Assembly: GCA_010356995.1 (NCBI GenBank)
Contig: ML996696.1
Location: forward strand, 746,364-810,363
Direction of reading: 5' to 3'
DNA: 64,000 bases
Source: Trichodelitschia bisporula
Lineage: Eukaryota
Shown here: in pieces, positions 38,810 through 48,442 of the stretch
Layout: every line of letters starts with the position of its first letter
Position numbering within the stretch: position 1 is the first letter of the stretch
The notes under the pieces: generated by a model
Database searches by the model: none
Told to the model about the DNA's origin: nothing
The model's input: the letters and a program-made list of their open reading frames with translations, nothing else
Program-made: the position numbers and the translations under genes

Positions 38810-39960
38810 GGCTGGGCGATCTTTGATATTTAGCCACAAATGTGGCTTATCTGCAAGGCTGCAAAGCTGCAAAAGAACCACAAATGAGTCTCTGACTGCA
38901 GCACTTTTGAGCATGTATGGCGAGTTCGCTCGAAATGATGCGGTTTTGAGGTAGATGGAAGACGCAGTCCTCACTAGCATGCTCACGAAGTCAAAAGATC
39001 ATCAAAGGCCAAATGCTCCCTGAATAGGGTGTTGAAGCTTGCGACTTGTTGTCTCAATCGTTGAGCGGGGACAGCCTTCCCACGGCTGCAGCTGGTGCCC
39101 ACCCATACGGTCAGGCTGGCTACTGCTTCTATTTTGCCTAGATTGTGGCATGGGATGAGATCGAAAGGGTATGGATGGGATAGGGGTGTAGAACTAAGAT
39201 TTTGGTGTGTAGGAATGCAGAAACCTCTTTGACTGCAGCACTTTTTGACATGTACATGAAGTTCTGTCAGAACGAGGCGTCTTTGAGCCATGTAGAAGTA
39301 CGGAGCTTACCGCAATATAGTGGAGCAGTAAAAGCTTCATCATATACCGAATGCCTTCAAAAAAGGCCGTTAAAGTTGGCAGCTTCGTGTCTAAACTGCT
39401 CGGGATCAGAAGGGCTAGGATAGGCTAGGGGTGTAGATCTAAGATTCTGGGGCGTAGGAATAAGGATCGCCAGTCGTTGCAGCCCTTTTTTGGGCGTGTA
39501 TATCGAGGTCTCTCGAAATGATGTGTCCTTTTGCTAGGTGATACTACGGAGCTTGCTGCAGAAAACTTAAGCAGTATAAACTTCATCAGAAGCCGAATGC
39601 CTTCATAAATTGTCATTGGAGTTGGCGGCTTCATGTCTGAGCTGCTCGGGGGTTAGAAGGGTTGGGATGGGCCAGGGGGGTAGATCTAAGATTCTGGGGT
39701 GTAGGAATAAGAATCGCCAGTCGTTACAGCGCTTTTAGGGGCGTGTATGTCGAAGTCTCTCGAAATGATACACCCTTAGGATAGATGATACTACGGAGCT
39801 TACTGCAGAAAACTACAGCAGTAAAGAGTCTAAAAGATGCCAAATGCTTCCATAAATGGCCGTTGACGTTTTTGGCATCCTGTCTTAACTGGTGCGCGAG
39901 GGCAGCTTCTCACGGCCGCAGCAGGTGTCCATCCATACCATCAGACTGGCCGCGGCTTTC
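38810..39960. repeat. Degenerate tandem array, about 4 units of ~245-250 bp (first unit longer)
   Basis: Anchor GA(T/A)CTAAGATT.TGG...GTAGGAAT at 39191, 39436 and 39683; CTCGAAATGAT at 38929, 39512 and 39759. Confidence 0.85.
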
Positions 39961-40429
39961 ATTCCAGCTAGACTGCGGGCATCTCAGCATAAGCCAGGCA
40001 GTGTGATAGACGGAACTCACCATCTCGGGGAAGTCATCGACGGCCTTGACAACACTCTCAGCGGCATCAATGGTAACGCCAGTAGCATCGCAAAATCCGG
40101 ACCGTCCGATATGCTAACTTTCGACAGCGAACGTCAAGGGCTGATGCCCACAGGAGCTCCAAGGCTTGTATTGCAATATCCCGCCAACACAGAGGCCAAT
40201 ATTGCAAAGACCGCGGGGCAAAAGTACGCCTGTCTATTCTGTCCTAGCGTATCTACTGTATCATTGTGCTAAGGAAAGTTTGCATCTTCGACGTCACGGC
40301 TAGGACCCTAACCCTATATTCGTTTCTCCCACCATGAGACCAGGAAAAGGCAGAAGACGGAGACGGAGCGGGGGTAAGGGGAGGGTGGGAATTGGAGCAT
40401 ACGGGTATCCGTATGGACAACCAGTATCC

Positions 40430-40950
40430 TGGCTTCTTGAGACGGGAGCAAACCTTTGCGCCGGAGCGGGCTTGCTGCGCGAGGCGGAGGGGAGCACGCG
40501 CGGGAGGGAGCGCATGGAGGAATGACCTGGTGAACGTCTAGATGAGCGCCCTGGTGACCGCGAGTGTGAGCGATGTGGCGTGCGTCGAGACGGGCGACCC
40601 GGCAACCGTCAAGATGAGCGGCCTGGCGACCGGGAGCGTGGGCGACCGGGTAAGCGTCTGAAATTGTATCAATCCTCGCAGCCCGGCAACCGAGCGCGTC
40701 ATTTGCGGGGCGGAGAGTGCGAGTGTGAGTGTGAGCGGCGTCGGGACCGGTGCGTGCGATCTTCGCGCATGTCGTATGCTGGCTGCCGACTGGGGGACTT
40801 GCGGCGAGGTGAGTGGCTTGCGTTGCGGCGGGAGAGGGTGTCGCAGCCCCTCCTGCGGGAGGAGCGAGGTGGTGGGGAAGTGGAGAATGGTATGGCGTTT
40901 GGGTGTTGCATGTTGCTGTTGCGTGGATGGTGGTGGGTTGGGACGCGTCG
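40430..40950 (-). pseudogene. Decayed partial duplicate of the SNIP1 5' region
   Basis: Collinear similarity to ~38270-38780, e.g. GTTGCGTGGATGGTGGTGGGTT (38741/40918), GAGTGTGAGCGGCGTCG and GAACGTCTAGATGA. No FHA domain; frames are broken. Confidence 0.8.
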
Positions 40951-41999
40951 GATGGGCCCGATGTGGGCTGGATTCGTGTGCCTGAGCGGCCTGGAAGAAG
41001 GGAGTCTACCTAGGTCAGTTTTAATCACTGCGATGAGCTCTGGGTGAAGCCCATGGACTCGTGAGGTTAAGGCTCTGAGTCCGTAGACCCCAGGTTCGGA
41101 AAGAAAGTCCATGATCTGGTATGGGTGTCTATCCCAGGCCTCTAGGGAAAACCAAGGGACTAGTGAGATTCTGCGTCCGTAGACCACAAGCTCGGAAAAA
41201 GGGCCTTCATGTGGTGTGTTTCAACATCCTCATAATCTGGGGGTAGCCCAGCAAGCGCTTTTAAGTGGTGCGCAACCTCAGCGTCCGGGTAATCAACCTC
41301 GGATCCCGTGTACCCGTAAAGGAAGCAAATGATCATCACCACCCTGAAATGACGTTGGATACACATATTCCTGGCGCGACAGGTAAGTGCGAGGGCAGTC
41401 GGAAGGAACTGCGTAAATTGCTCAGTTTCCACAGAGATATTTATAATGATGTCATCAAGAAGGCTAGTAAAACGCTCTTCTGCGTGGATTTCACGACGCT
41501 GGAAGGGAGGACGTGGTTCGGTAGAGGAGAGGTAGGTGAGTGGGGCGCCTCCTGTAGTCGACTGCTTGGTTTTAACGATAAAAGAGGGGATATGAGGGCC
41601 ATTAGCTTGGGAAGAAGTCGACATGTCGATGGTGATGATGGTCATGATGGTCATGTTGATGGCGAGAATGAAGATAGAGGGGCGCTGAAGACGATTCGGG
41701 GTAAAGGGAATCAAGCATATATGCCGGAGCCAGCGTGGTAAGGCTGAAGGGGGTAGTACATCGCGCTGGATTACTGCAGTGGCAGGCATCAAGGAAGCCA
41801 CACGCGCAAGTAACCATGCAGGTGGCACTCGGGGAACCAATAGGTATCATACACGTTGAACTTAGGAAGAATATCAGCTCGCAACGACGCAAAAAAATAT
41901 AATGAACTTGCTAAGCGTAGTCCGAGCATCCAGATGGATGCCCAGACTGAGTTGGTGCATTTATCTACGCTCGTTGTGGATGTATTGCCTGCCGTCCAC

Positions 42000-43270
42000 A
42001 TCCCGTTGGCCTGACAGTTCGGAAGCGGGATCGTGTAACACTTATATTTGTAGCCGCGTGCCATTGCTGTGCGTCTCCGCGCCGTACCTCTCTGGGACGA
42101 GTCTGGATCTCGTCCCAAATGCATAGGGCCACTCGGGTCCTCTCCCACTGTGCAAACGGAGAGGTGAGTCAAGCCCTTAACGAGGGAAGGTGCGACCCCA
42201 GGTATGCGCGCCAAGGCAACCGCTCCTTGCTCCGAAATGGGTCCTCTCGCACAGAATCCGGGACCGAGTATGGTGCACCTGCCAAATATCAACCTGCAAA
42301 CAGGTGGCCTGTGCGTGGGTTTTTCCGAAGCTAGTCACCCAGTGGGGGGTATAAATACCCCCAGCACCTCTCCCTCCTCCTCCTCTTCTTTACTACATCG
42401 TGGGCTTGCCGGCTCTTCAGTCGTTTTTCTTCCCCCACCGTTCGCTTAAGGGCTAGCACATTCGATGGTGCCACACTCCTCTCAGCGAAAAGCTAGGCTA
42501 GGGGAGGCGTGTGCCATCATCGATTGAACTAGTCCTTGGACTGAGGTCAGCCCCTGTTCGCAGGTGTTGCTCAGGAAGATCGGAGATGTGGGCCATGGGG
42601 AGCGGAATTGCGGCTCGCCTGCCTGGGGCCCGCAGCTGGCCACTGTCACCCTGGGTAAGGATGAGATGTCCTGCGCGAGTCCGACTCGAAGTCCGGTATA
42701 GCGAAGCTGGCTTCTTTCCTTTACGATGGGACGCCACACCGGTAGGGTGTCGGGCTCGCAGTCGGTGAGATGTTCAGTTGACGATGACCTTACTTACACG
42801 AGCAGATTGGTTCTCGTTCGACCGTTCATCTCGAGCGCTCCACTTTCCGGACATAGCACCGTCCGGCAGTTAACCCGTGCTGGCACCGCCAAGTGGGGTA
42901 GTCCACACCTCTCACTGCTCGTGGTGTGGCGCTCTCTCTCCTTCAGCTCGGGGTAAATGGGTTGCCCGATGCGGTTGGAGGGATGTGGTCGACTTTGCGG
43001 ATTGGTGGTTAGCTGAAAGGTCAAACCGCTTGTAAAGGCCGAAGTCGGGGGCTCCCTTGGGGATACCGGCGGGGGACCTTTGCAATTGCTGGTTAACCAT
43101 GAGGTCAAACCTGCGCAAAGATCGAAGTCGGGGGCTCCCTTGGGGACACCGGCATGCGACAGCTTTAAAGGGTCACACCTGTTTCGCCAGGTGCCTGCTG
43201 TCGGGCCATACCCCAGCTATTTGCTTGTACCTTGACGTGGTGCTGGGGCTTTGAACCAAAACAAGCAACG
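42000..43270 (+). ncRNA. Candidate large structured non-coding RNA (identity unknown)
   Basis: No credible ORF; more than 12 closely packed hairpins, a ~40-bp stem with G.U pairs (42448-42537), a duplicated 83-nt module and a terminal pseudoknot (43211-43268). Expression is not known. Confidence 0.45.
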
Positions 43271-43983
43271 TGGGCTTTTGACATTCTTGTTCGAGTGCGA
43301 TCTAGAGTTGGTGAGCGAGGGCATTGGGACTACGTGGGCTTGCGATACTTGAGTTGAATCAGTCGATAGGCAGCTATGGTGTTCTTGCAACGTGGCTTTA
43401 CGGTCTGAATGGGTATGGGCTTCATGTATACACTGACGATGATGACGGCGACTGGAGATAGGCTTCATGTACGCACTGATGATGATGACGGAGACTGGAG
43501 ATAGTTTGGTTGACGTCGGGATAACAATGTAACCGTGCGTTGAGGCTTCCTGCAAGCTGCCGTGTCAGCAAGTGGCTGCCCCACTCCTCCCCCAAGATTG
43601 CGGGAGTCTACGGCAGCGAAAATTAACCTATCCCAACCCCTGTGCTGTGATCGCTCTCCACGCTACTTGCTCACAGGCTGTCGAAGATCGCGACATCGGC
43701 TCCTCACTCCATCGCAACAATCAACAGGATGAATACTTCCAAACCCCACAACTCCACGTCTCAGTGACCTGCTAGCGAGAATCACGCCTTACCCCACTCA
43801 TCCAAACAGGCTGACAGACATCACGACATCACCATTTCGTCCATCGTAACAATCAACACGATGAATACTTCCAATTTCCCTAACTCCAGGTCCCACCAAC
43901 GCACTGATCTAACAAGAAGCCCTCCCTTACCACCACCCCCCCACCAAAAAATACCCCTCCCCCGCCCCCCAAAACCCGACACT

Positions 43984-44865
43984 CTACGCCGCCCCCAGCG
44001 TCACCGTATGCACAATAACCCGCGTAACCGCCGTACACGGCCCATTCCCATTGTGCCCCTTCTTCTTCTTCCGCATCTCCTCATCGCTAAACCGCGTCCG
44101 CTTCGCATACTCCGCCGTATCAACCATCTTTAACGGCTCGCCCATGTTCTCGCCCCGCATCTTGCGCTCGTTTTCCCGTCCCAGTGCTGCTGCACCGGCG
44201 GCCGCGGATGCGGAGTTCGGGAGCTTGTTTTCGTTGGGCCAGGCAGCGGCCGCGAGGTGCCGTACCACAGAGCCGGTGTCGGTCCTATCCTTCCGCGAGG
44301 TGTGGCGGAGGATGGACTGCCAGATATGCGGTTTCTTCGGCGGGGGTGTCGGCGTCGGCGCCGGTGTCGGGGGTTTGAGGGCTGATTTCGCAGGTTGAGC
44401 GTCAGGAGGTAGAGGCTTATGAGGGTGCTTGTTGGACTTGTCTTTGAGCTTGGACTTATCCTTGGACTTATCCTTGGACTTGGACTTGGACTTGCGGTTT
44501 TGGTTGCGGGTCGCGGTGTCCTTGCGGATATAGTAGCGTTTTATGCGCCGTTTGATGCTTTCGGTGCTGGAGGAGTCGGAGCTGCTGGGTGTTGTGGTGC
44601 GGGTGCTTTGGGGGGGGTTGGGGGAGGGGGGTGTGGGTTGGGAGGGGGTGGTGGGGCCGGGCTGGAGCATGAGTTGGGGTTGGAGATTGTTGAGTAGTGA
44701 ACTCACGGCGCTGGAGGGGTTAGGTGGGATGGTCTCCTTTGGGGGTTCTTCGAAGGCGGCGGAGGACTTTAGGGGTTGTGGTTTGGCTTTGGGGTGCTTG
44801 AAGTTGAGGTGGGTGTTGTGGAAGGTTGCGAGGGAGAGACTGATGCGCGAGGCGAGAGAGGGCAT
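43984..44865 (-). CDS. Hypothetical low-complexity (P/K/S-rich) protein
   Basis: 293-aa ATG-initiated ORF with a KSKDKSKDK repeat; no recognisable domain. Confidence 0.5.
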   Translation of the reverse strand: MPSLASRISLSLATFHNTHLNFKHPKAKPQPLKSSAAFEEPPKETIPPNPSSAVSSLLNNLQPQLMLQPGPTTPSQPTPPSPNPPQSTRTTTPSSSDSSSTESIKRRIKRYYIRKDTATRNQNRKSKSKSKDKSKDKSKLKDKSNKHPHKPLPPDAQPAKSALKPPTPAPTPTPPPKKPHIWQSILRHTSRKDRTDTGSVVRHLAAAAWPNENKLPNSASAAAGAAALGRENERKMRGENMGEPLKMVDTAEYAKRTRFSDEEMRKKKKGHNGNGPCTAVTRVIVHTVTLGAA

Positions 44866-45319
44866 TGCAGGTGAGTGGGGTGGAGGGTCGGAAGATTGAG
44901 GTGAAGGGCCGGGATAGATGAGGTTGAAGGTAAGAATTGGATCTAGGGGAGGCGAAGGGGTGGCAGTGGGGTTGCTGTAGGATGATGAGGGCTGAATGTT
45001 GAGGGTAGGATGAACTGCGAAAGGGGATGGATGGTAAGTTTATGAAGATGTGCTGGTATCGGTATGGGATGGAGGATCGTGTGATGTTCAGGACTGAGCC
45101 GTTGATGTCGAATGTCATGGGGGATAGGGCATATCTCGCCGCGGAAGGACTCACGATACCCCAGCATGGCACAAGGAAGTCGCACTCCACATCAGCCTCG
45201 CACCCGAACGCTAGATTACCTAGCCCAGTCAGCATAGCCAGCAGCCACAGCCAACGACTTCTAATGCACCCCATCGCCAACCTGCCCACCAAAGCGTCCC
45301 ACCGTCAACACCACAGAAT

Positions 45320-46456
45320 CTACAACTTCTCCACATTCCCCCTCATCTCCTCCTCCAACTGCGCACGCAACCTCTCCTCCCTACTCACCCCCTGCCCCTC
45401 AAAAGCCTCCCCGGGAATCCCCTCCTTCCCGGGCCCAACCCTGCCCCTCCACCGCTCAACCCACAACGTACGGAGCACATCATACAAGAACCAGAACTGT
45501 TCCGCCGCTTGCACCATCATCATGCGCTGCTGCCGCATCCGTTCCACAACCTCGATAACGGGGTCCCGGGTCGCGGGGATACTGTCCAGCATGCCAAGGT
45601 CCAGCTCGCGCATGAGCCAGTCCAGCGCGATGAACGTGCCGGAGCGCCCGACGCCAGCACTGCAATGTACGATGCGCGGCGACGAGCGTACCGCGTTCTT
45701 TTCCTCCGAAAGCCGCACGAGGCGCAGCAGCGCAGTGCGATCCTCGCCCTCGGGCACCAGAAAGTCAGGCCACCCAGCAAAGAGCAAGTGCCAAACGCGC
45801 TTCGTCAGCCCATCCTTCGTCCTAAGCTCCAACTCGCGAACCGTAGACCGCGTGAGCGGATCCTCCTCAATACTCTTCAGCGTCAACTGCGCCGCGAACC
45901 CATCCCCAAACTCATCATTGATCGCAATACACGGATTCCCCAAACCTTCCGGAAAATAGGGGAAGCACTTCTCCCGGCCACTCTCATGCGTCTGCGTCAG
46001 CATGACAATAACCGCCGGGTTGGCCGTCTCATGCCACACCATGCGCCACATATGCGCAAGCACATTCTCCTTCGGGCCCTGCGTCGCAATGAAATCCACG
46101 CCCTCGCCATCGCTCTGCACCAGACGTATCGGGCTCGCATTAATGTAATCATTGCACCCCTCCGGCACCCTCAGCCGCACCCGGTTCTGCAAATACGGGT
46201 CCACGTTGCTGTACCGATTCCGCCGCATGACTTCATCGCCGCACGCGCGAGCCCATGGTGACAGTCCGCCAGCCTCAGCCGGTCGGAGACCCTGGTGTAG
46301 CCGCTCCCGCTGCACCCATTCTAGGTCGATGAATTTGTTGTGGACGTCTGCGCGGGTCTGGCGGAGGAAGGCAGGCAGCGGCGGGTCCCCGGGGGCCGAG
46401 GAGGGAGAGGACGACGGCGCGCTGCCTGTTGTTTGAGACGACCCGGGCGACGACAT
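45320..46456 (-). CDS. PTP1: Classical protein-tyrosine phosphatase (Ptp1-like)
   Basis: RNRYSNVDPY, DYINAS, FIATQGP, WPD loop, VHCSAGVGRSG and RQQRMMMVQ motifs. Confidence 0.92.
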   Translation of the reverse strand: MSSPGSSQTTGSAPSSSPSSAPGDPPLPAFLRQTRADVHNKFIDLEWVQRERLHQGLRPAEAGGLSPWARACGDEVMRRNRYSNVDPYLQNRVRLRVPEGCNDYINASPIRLVQSDGEGVDFIATQGPKENVLAHMWRMVWHETANPAVIVMLTQTHESGREKCFPYFPEGLGNPCIAINDEFGDGFAAQLTLKSIEEDPLTRSTVRELELRTKDGLTKRVWHLLFAGWPDFLVPEGEDRTALLRLVRLSEEKNAVRSSPRIVHCSAGVGRSGTFIALDWLMRELDLGMLDSIPATRDPVIEVVERMRQQRMMMVQAAEQFWFLYDVLRTLWVERWRGRVGPGKEGIPGEAFEGQGVSREERLRAQLEEEMRGNVEKL

Positions 46457-47920
46457 GCTGGCCGGGCTGGGGACGCTCCGGCTGCGCGCTGGGGCGGGGC
46501 GCCGGAGCGCGGGGAGGTGGAGGCGGGGGAGAGGCAGCGGAATGTGTGCGGGGAGAGCGGGGCGCAGGTAGAGGCCGGGAGGATCGTGCTTTGGAGGCTT
46601 TGGAGATGTGGGACGGAGGAGCCTCGTGGCGGGATAGGAATGGTGAGGGGGAGGTGGGTCGGTCTTAAGCAGACTCGGTGAGGCGTAAATGGAGTGTGCC
46701 GGTGAGATTTCAGCGGATTGGGCTCTCCGTTAACGTGAGAGAGGCCAGATGAGCAGAGTGATGTGTCCCAATCCGCAGCTTAGAGGTCGTACGGCGAGAA
46801 TAGGCTTCCGTTCGGTGAGGAGGGGTGGTCCAAGGCCAACAAAGCCGCGCGGCACAATGGGGAGATCTGCCAATGTCTTCAGTCAGGAAGCAAAAGGCCA
46901 ACCAAGGCTTCGAACGCAAGAATATAACAACAAAAGTGTGTACATAGGACCAGAAGGTGAGGAGACGAGAGCGAGAGGCAGGATTGTGACTACGGGAGGA
47001 GTCGAGCCCCCCGCCATTTTACCGCCGAGATCGAAGCGCGGGCGGGAAGCGGGGGTCCAATGGCTGGCGGGAGCGACCTGCAACCAGGAGCTGGGGAGCC
47101 GCCCGCGGCATGTATTCGATTGGTGGTTTGCGCAATGAGATGCGCGAATCACGATCGTTTGGGCGCTTGCTTTTGGTGCCTTTTGAGTGGTGGGCACGGT
47201 GGGGTTTCTGCGATAGTACAGATTAAGGAAGTAGCCGTGCCGTCAGCGTGAACCTACGATGTCTATGCTCGATTTTCGGCAAACCGATGCCTCAGAGTTG
47301 ACGATTGATGGCGGTTCCTGTGGTATGGACAGTGTTGTTGGCTTTGGAAAGTGGACAACCGCGGGCTAGGCTACGGCGTGTTGTGCGTACTCCGTACTCG
47401 GAATATTGCTGTGGTAACGGAGTTCGTCGTGCAAGGCAGGGAACTGTGACTGCTTCCATAGGCCATCTCGTCAAAGCGCTTTAATCCGTCCGATGTGACG
47501 ATCGGAGGGTGAGGTAGCAGGGTTGAGGATCATTGCGAATACTTAGGACAGCCAGCTGAAATACTCTCTCTCCACATCGTTTGTTGCGGGGGGAGCTGAT
47601 GATGTGGAAGTTGATACGATGCTTGAAAAGGTCATCGAAATAGTCGCTGAGCCCTTAATCGACGAGCACACATAAAGCAAGCATGATGGAATAGCCAACA
47701 GATATCTCGCCTTTAGAAAGCATCAAAAACTTCATGAGATGATTCACCGAGAGATAACTCGTTCACCGTTCCCGAACCCGTTAGCCACCTCCCATTCCAG
47801 ACGCCCTACCCGCGCGCCTCCCAGCAGCCAAGCAACGCCCACTCCAACAAGCGCTCCCGCATCAACCACCGTCGTCAAGATAGTGACTTCAAATCATTGC
47901 GCCACCGCGCCGGAAGCAGC

Positions 47921-48442
47921 ATGAACTGGGTATTTTTCCGAGTATTCGAGGTACGCATATCCTTTACCCATCCTTCATTGAGGCCGCATACTGACGCTCG
48001 CCAGGCCTGGGCCATTGCGCGGGTATGTACCCCTCATCCGCCACTCACCGCATGAGGTCGGGAGGGGAGGGGAGTTGAACTGGAAAGAGTCTACACTTGA
48101 CGACTGTTGCCTTTCAATCAAGTAATGACTGGCGTCCCCCCATCTTCGACTCCTCTCTCGCCCTCCTGCCTCCCCGCCACCCCGCCCCACCCTCGCCGCA
48201 CCGCTAACAACCGCCAGCTCCTCTCTAGCCCGCTCTTCCACCGGGGCGTCCAGAAAATCCATAAAAGTGTGCACAATCTGCGGCATGGAACACCTCTGGA
48301 AGAAATGGGCGGCACGAAGATCGAGCGTGAGTCCGCCCCGCCATCTACCCCCAACCAACAACTTACGCATGCAGGCAACGGCCCTTCGTATCTCGCGCAC
48401 TTCAAGAAGGAATTGAAAGAGCAACTCGGGCTCAAGAAGTAA
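47921..48442 (+). CDS. Small 74-aa protein, Mrx7 (MIOREX component 7)-like, 4 exons
   Basis: Exons 47921-47950, 48005-48022, 48218-48326 and 48375-48442 with GT..AG borders and branch sites give MNWVFFRVFEAWAIARLLSSPLFHRGVQKIHKSVHNLRHGTPLEEMGGTKIERNGPSYLAHFKKELKEQLGLKK. Confidence 0.75.

Noticed and set aside
38723..38986. Upstream extension of the SNIP1 ORF
   Set aside because: Runs into the degenerate repeat array; no SNIP1-like content.
38810..39960. CRISPR-like array
   Set aside because: Eukaryotic locus; whole units are homologous, with no short repeats separated by unique spacers.
42574..42690. RNase P CR-I-like GGAAGATCGGAG after a hairpin, and group I intron P/Q-like AATTGCGG...CCGCAGC
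   Set aside because: The other conserved RNase P regions (CR-II to CR-V) and the group I R/S elements are not found at proper spacing.
42034..43177. Solo LTR reading (TGTAAC at 42034 ... GTCACA at 43177, internal TATA box)
   Set aside because: No matching target-site duplication, no second LTR and no gag/pol remnants; the hairpins cross both putative ends. Not fully excluded.
43430..43500. CTGACGA/CTGATGA as hammerhead ribozyme cores
   Set aside because: No stem II followed by GAAA; they are part of a 43-bp duplication.
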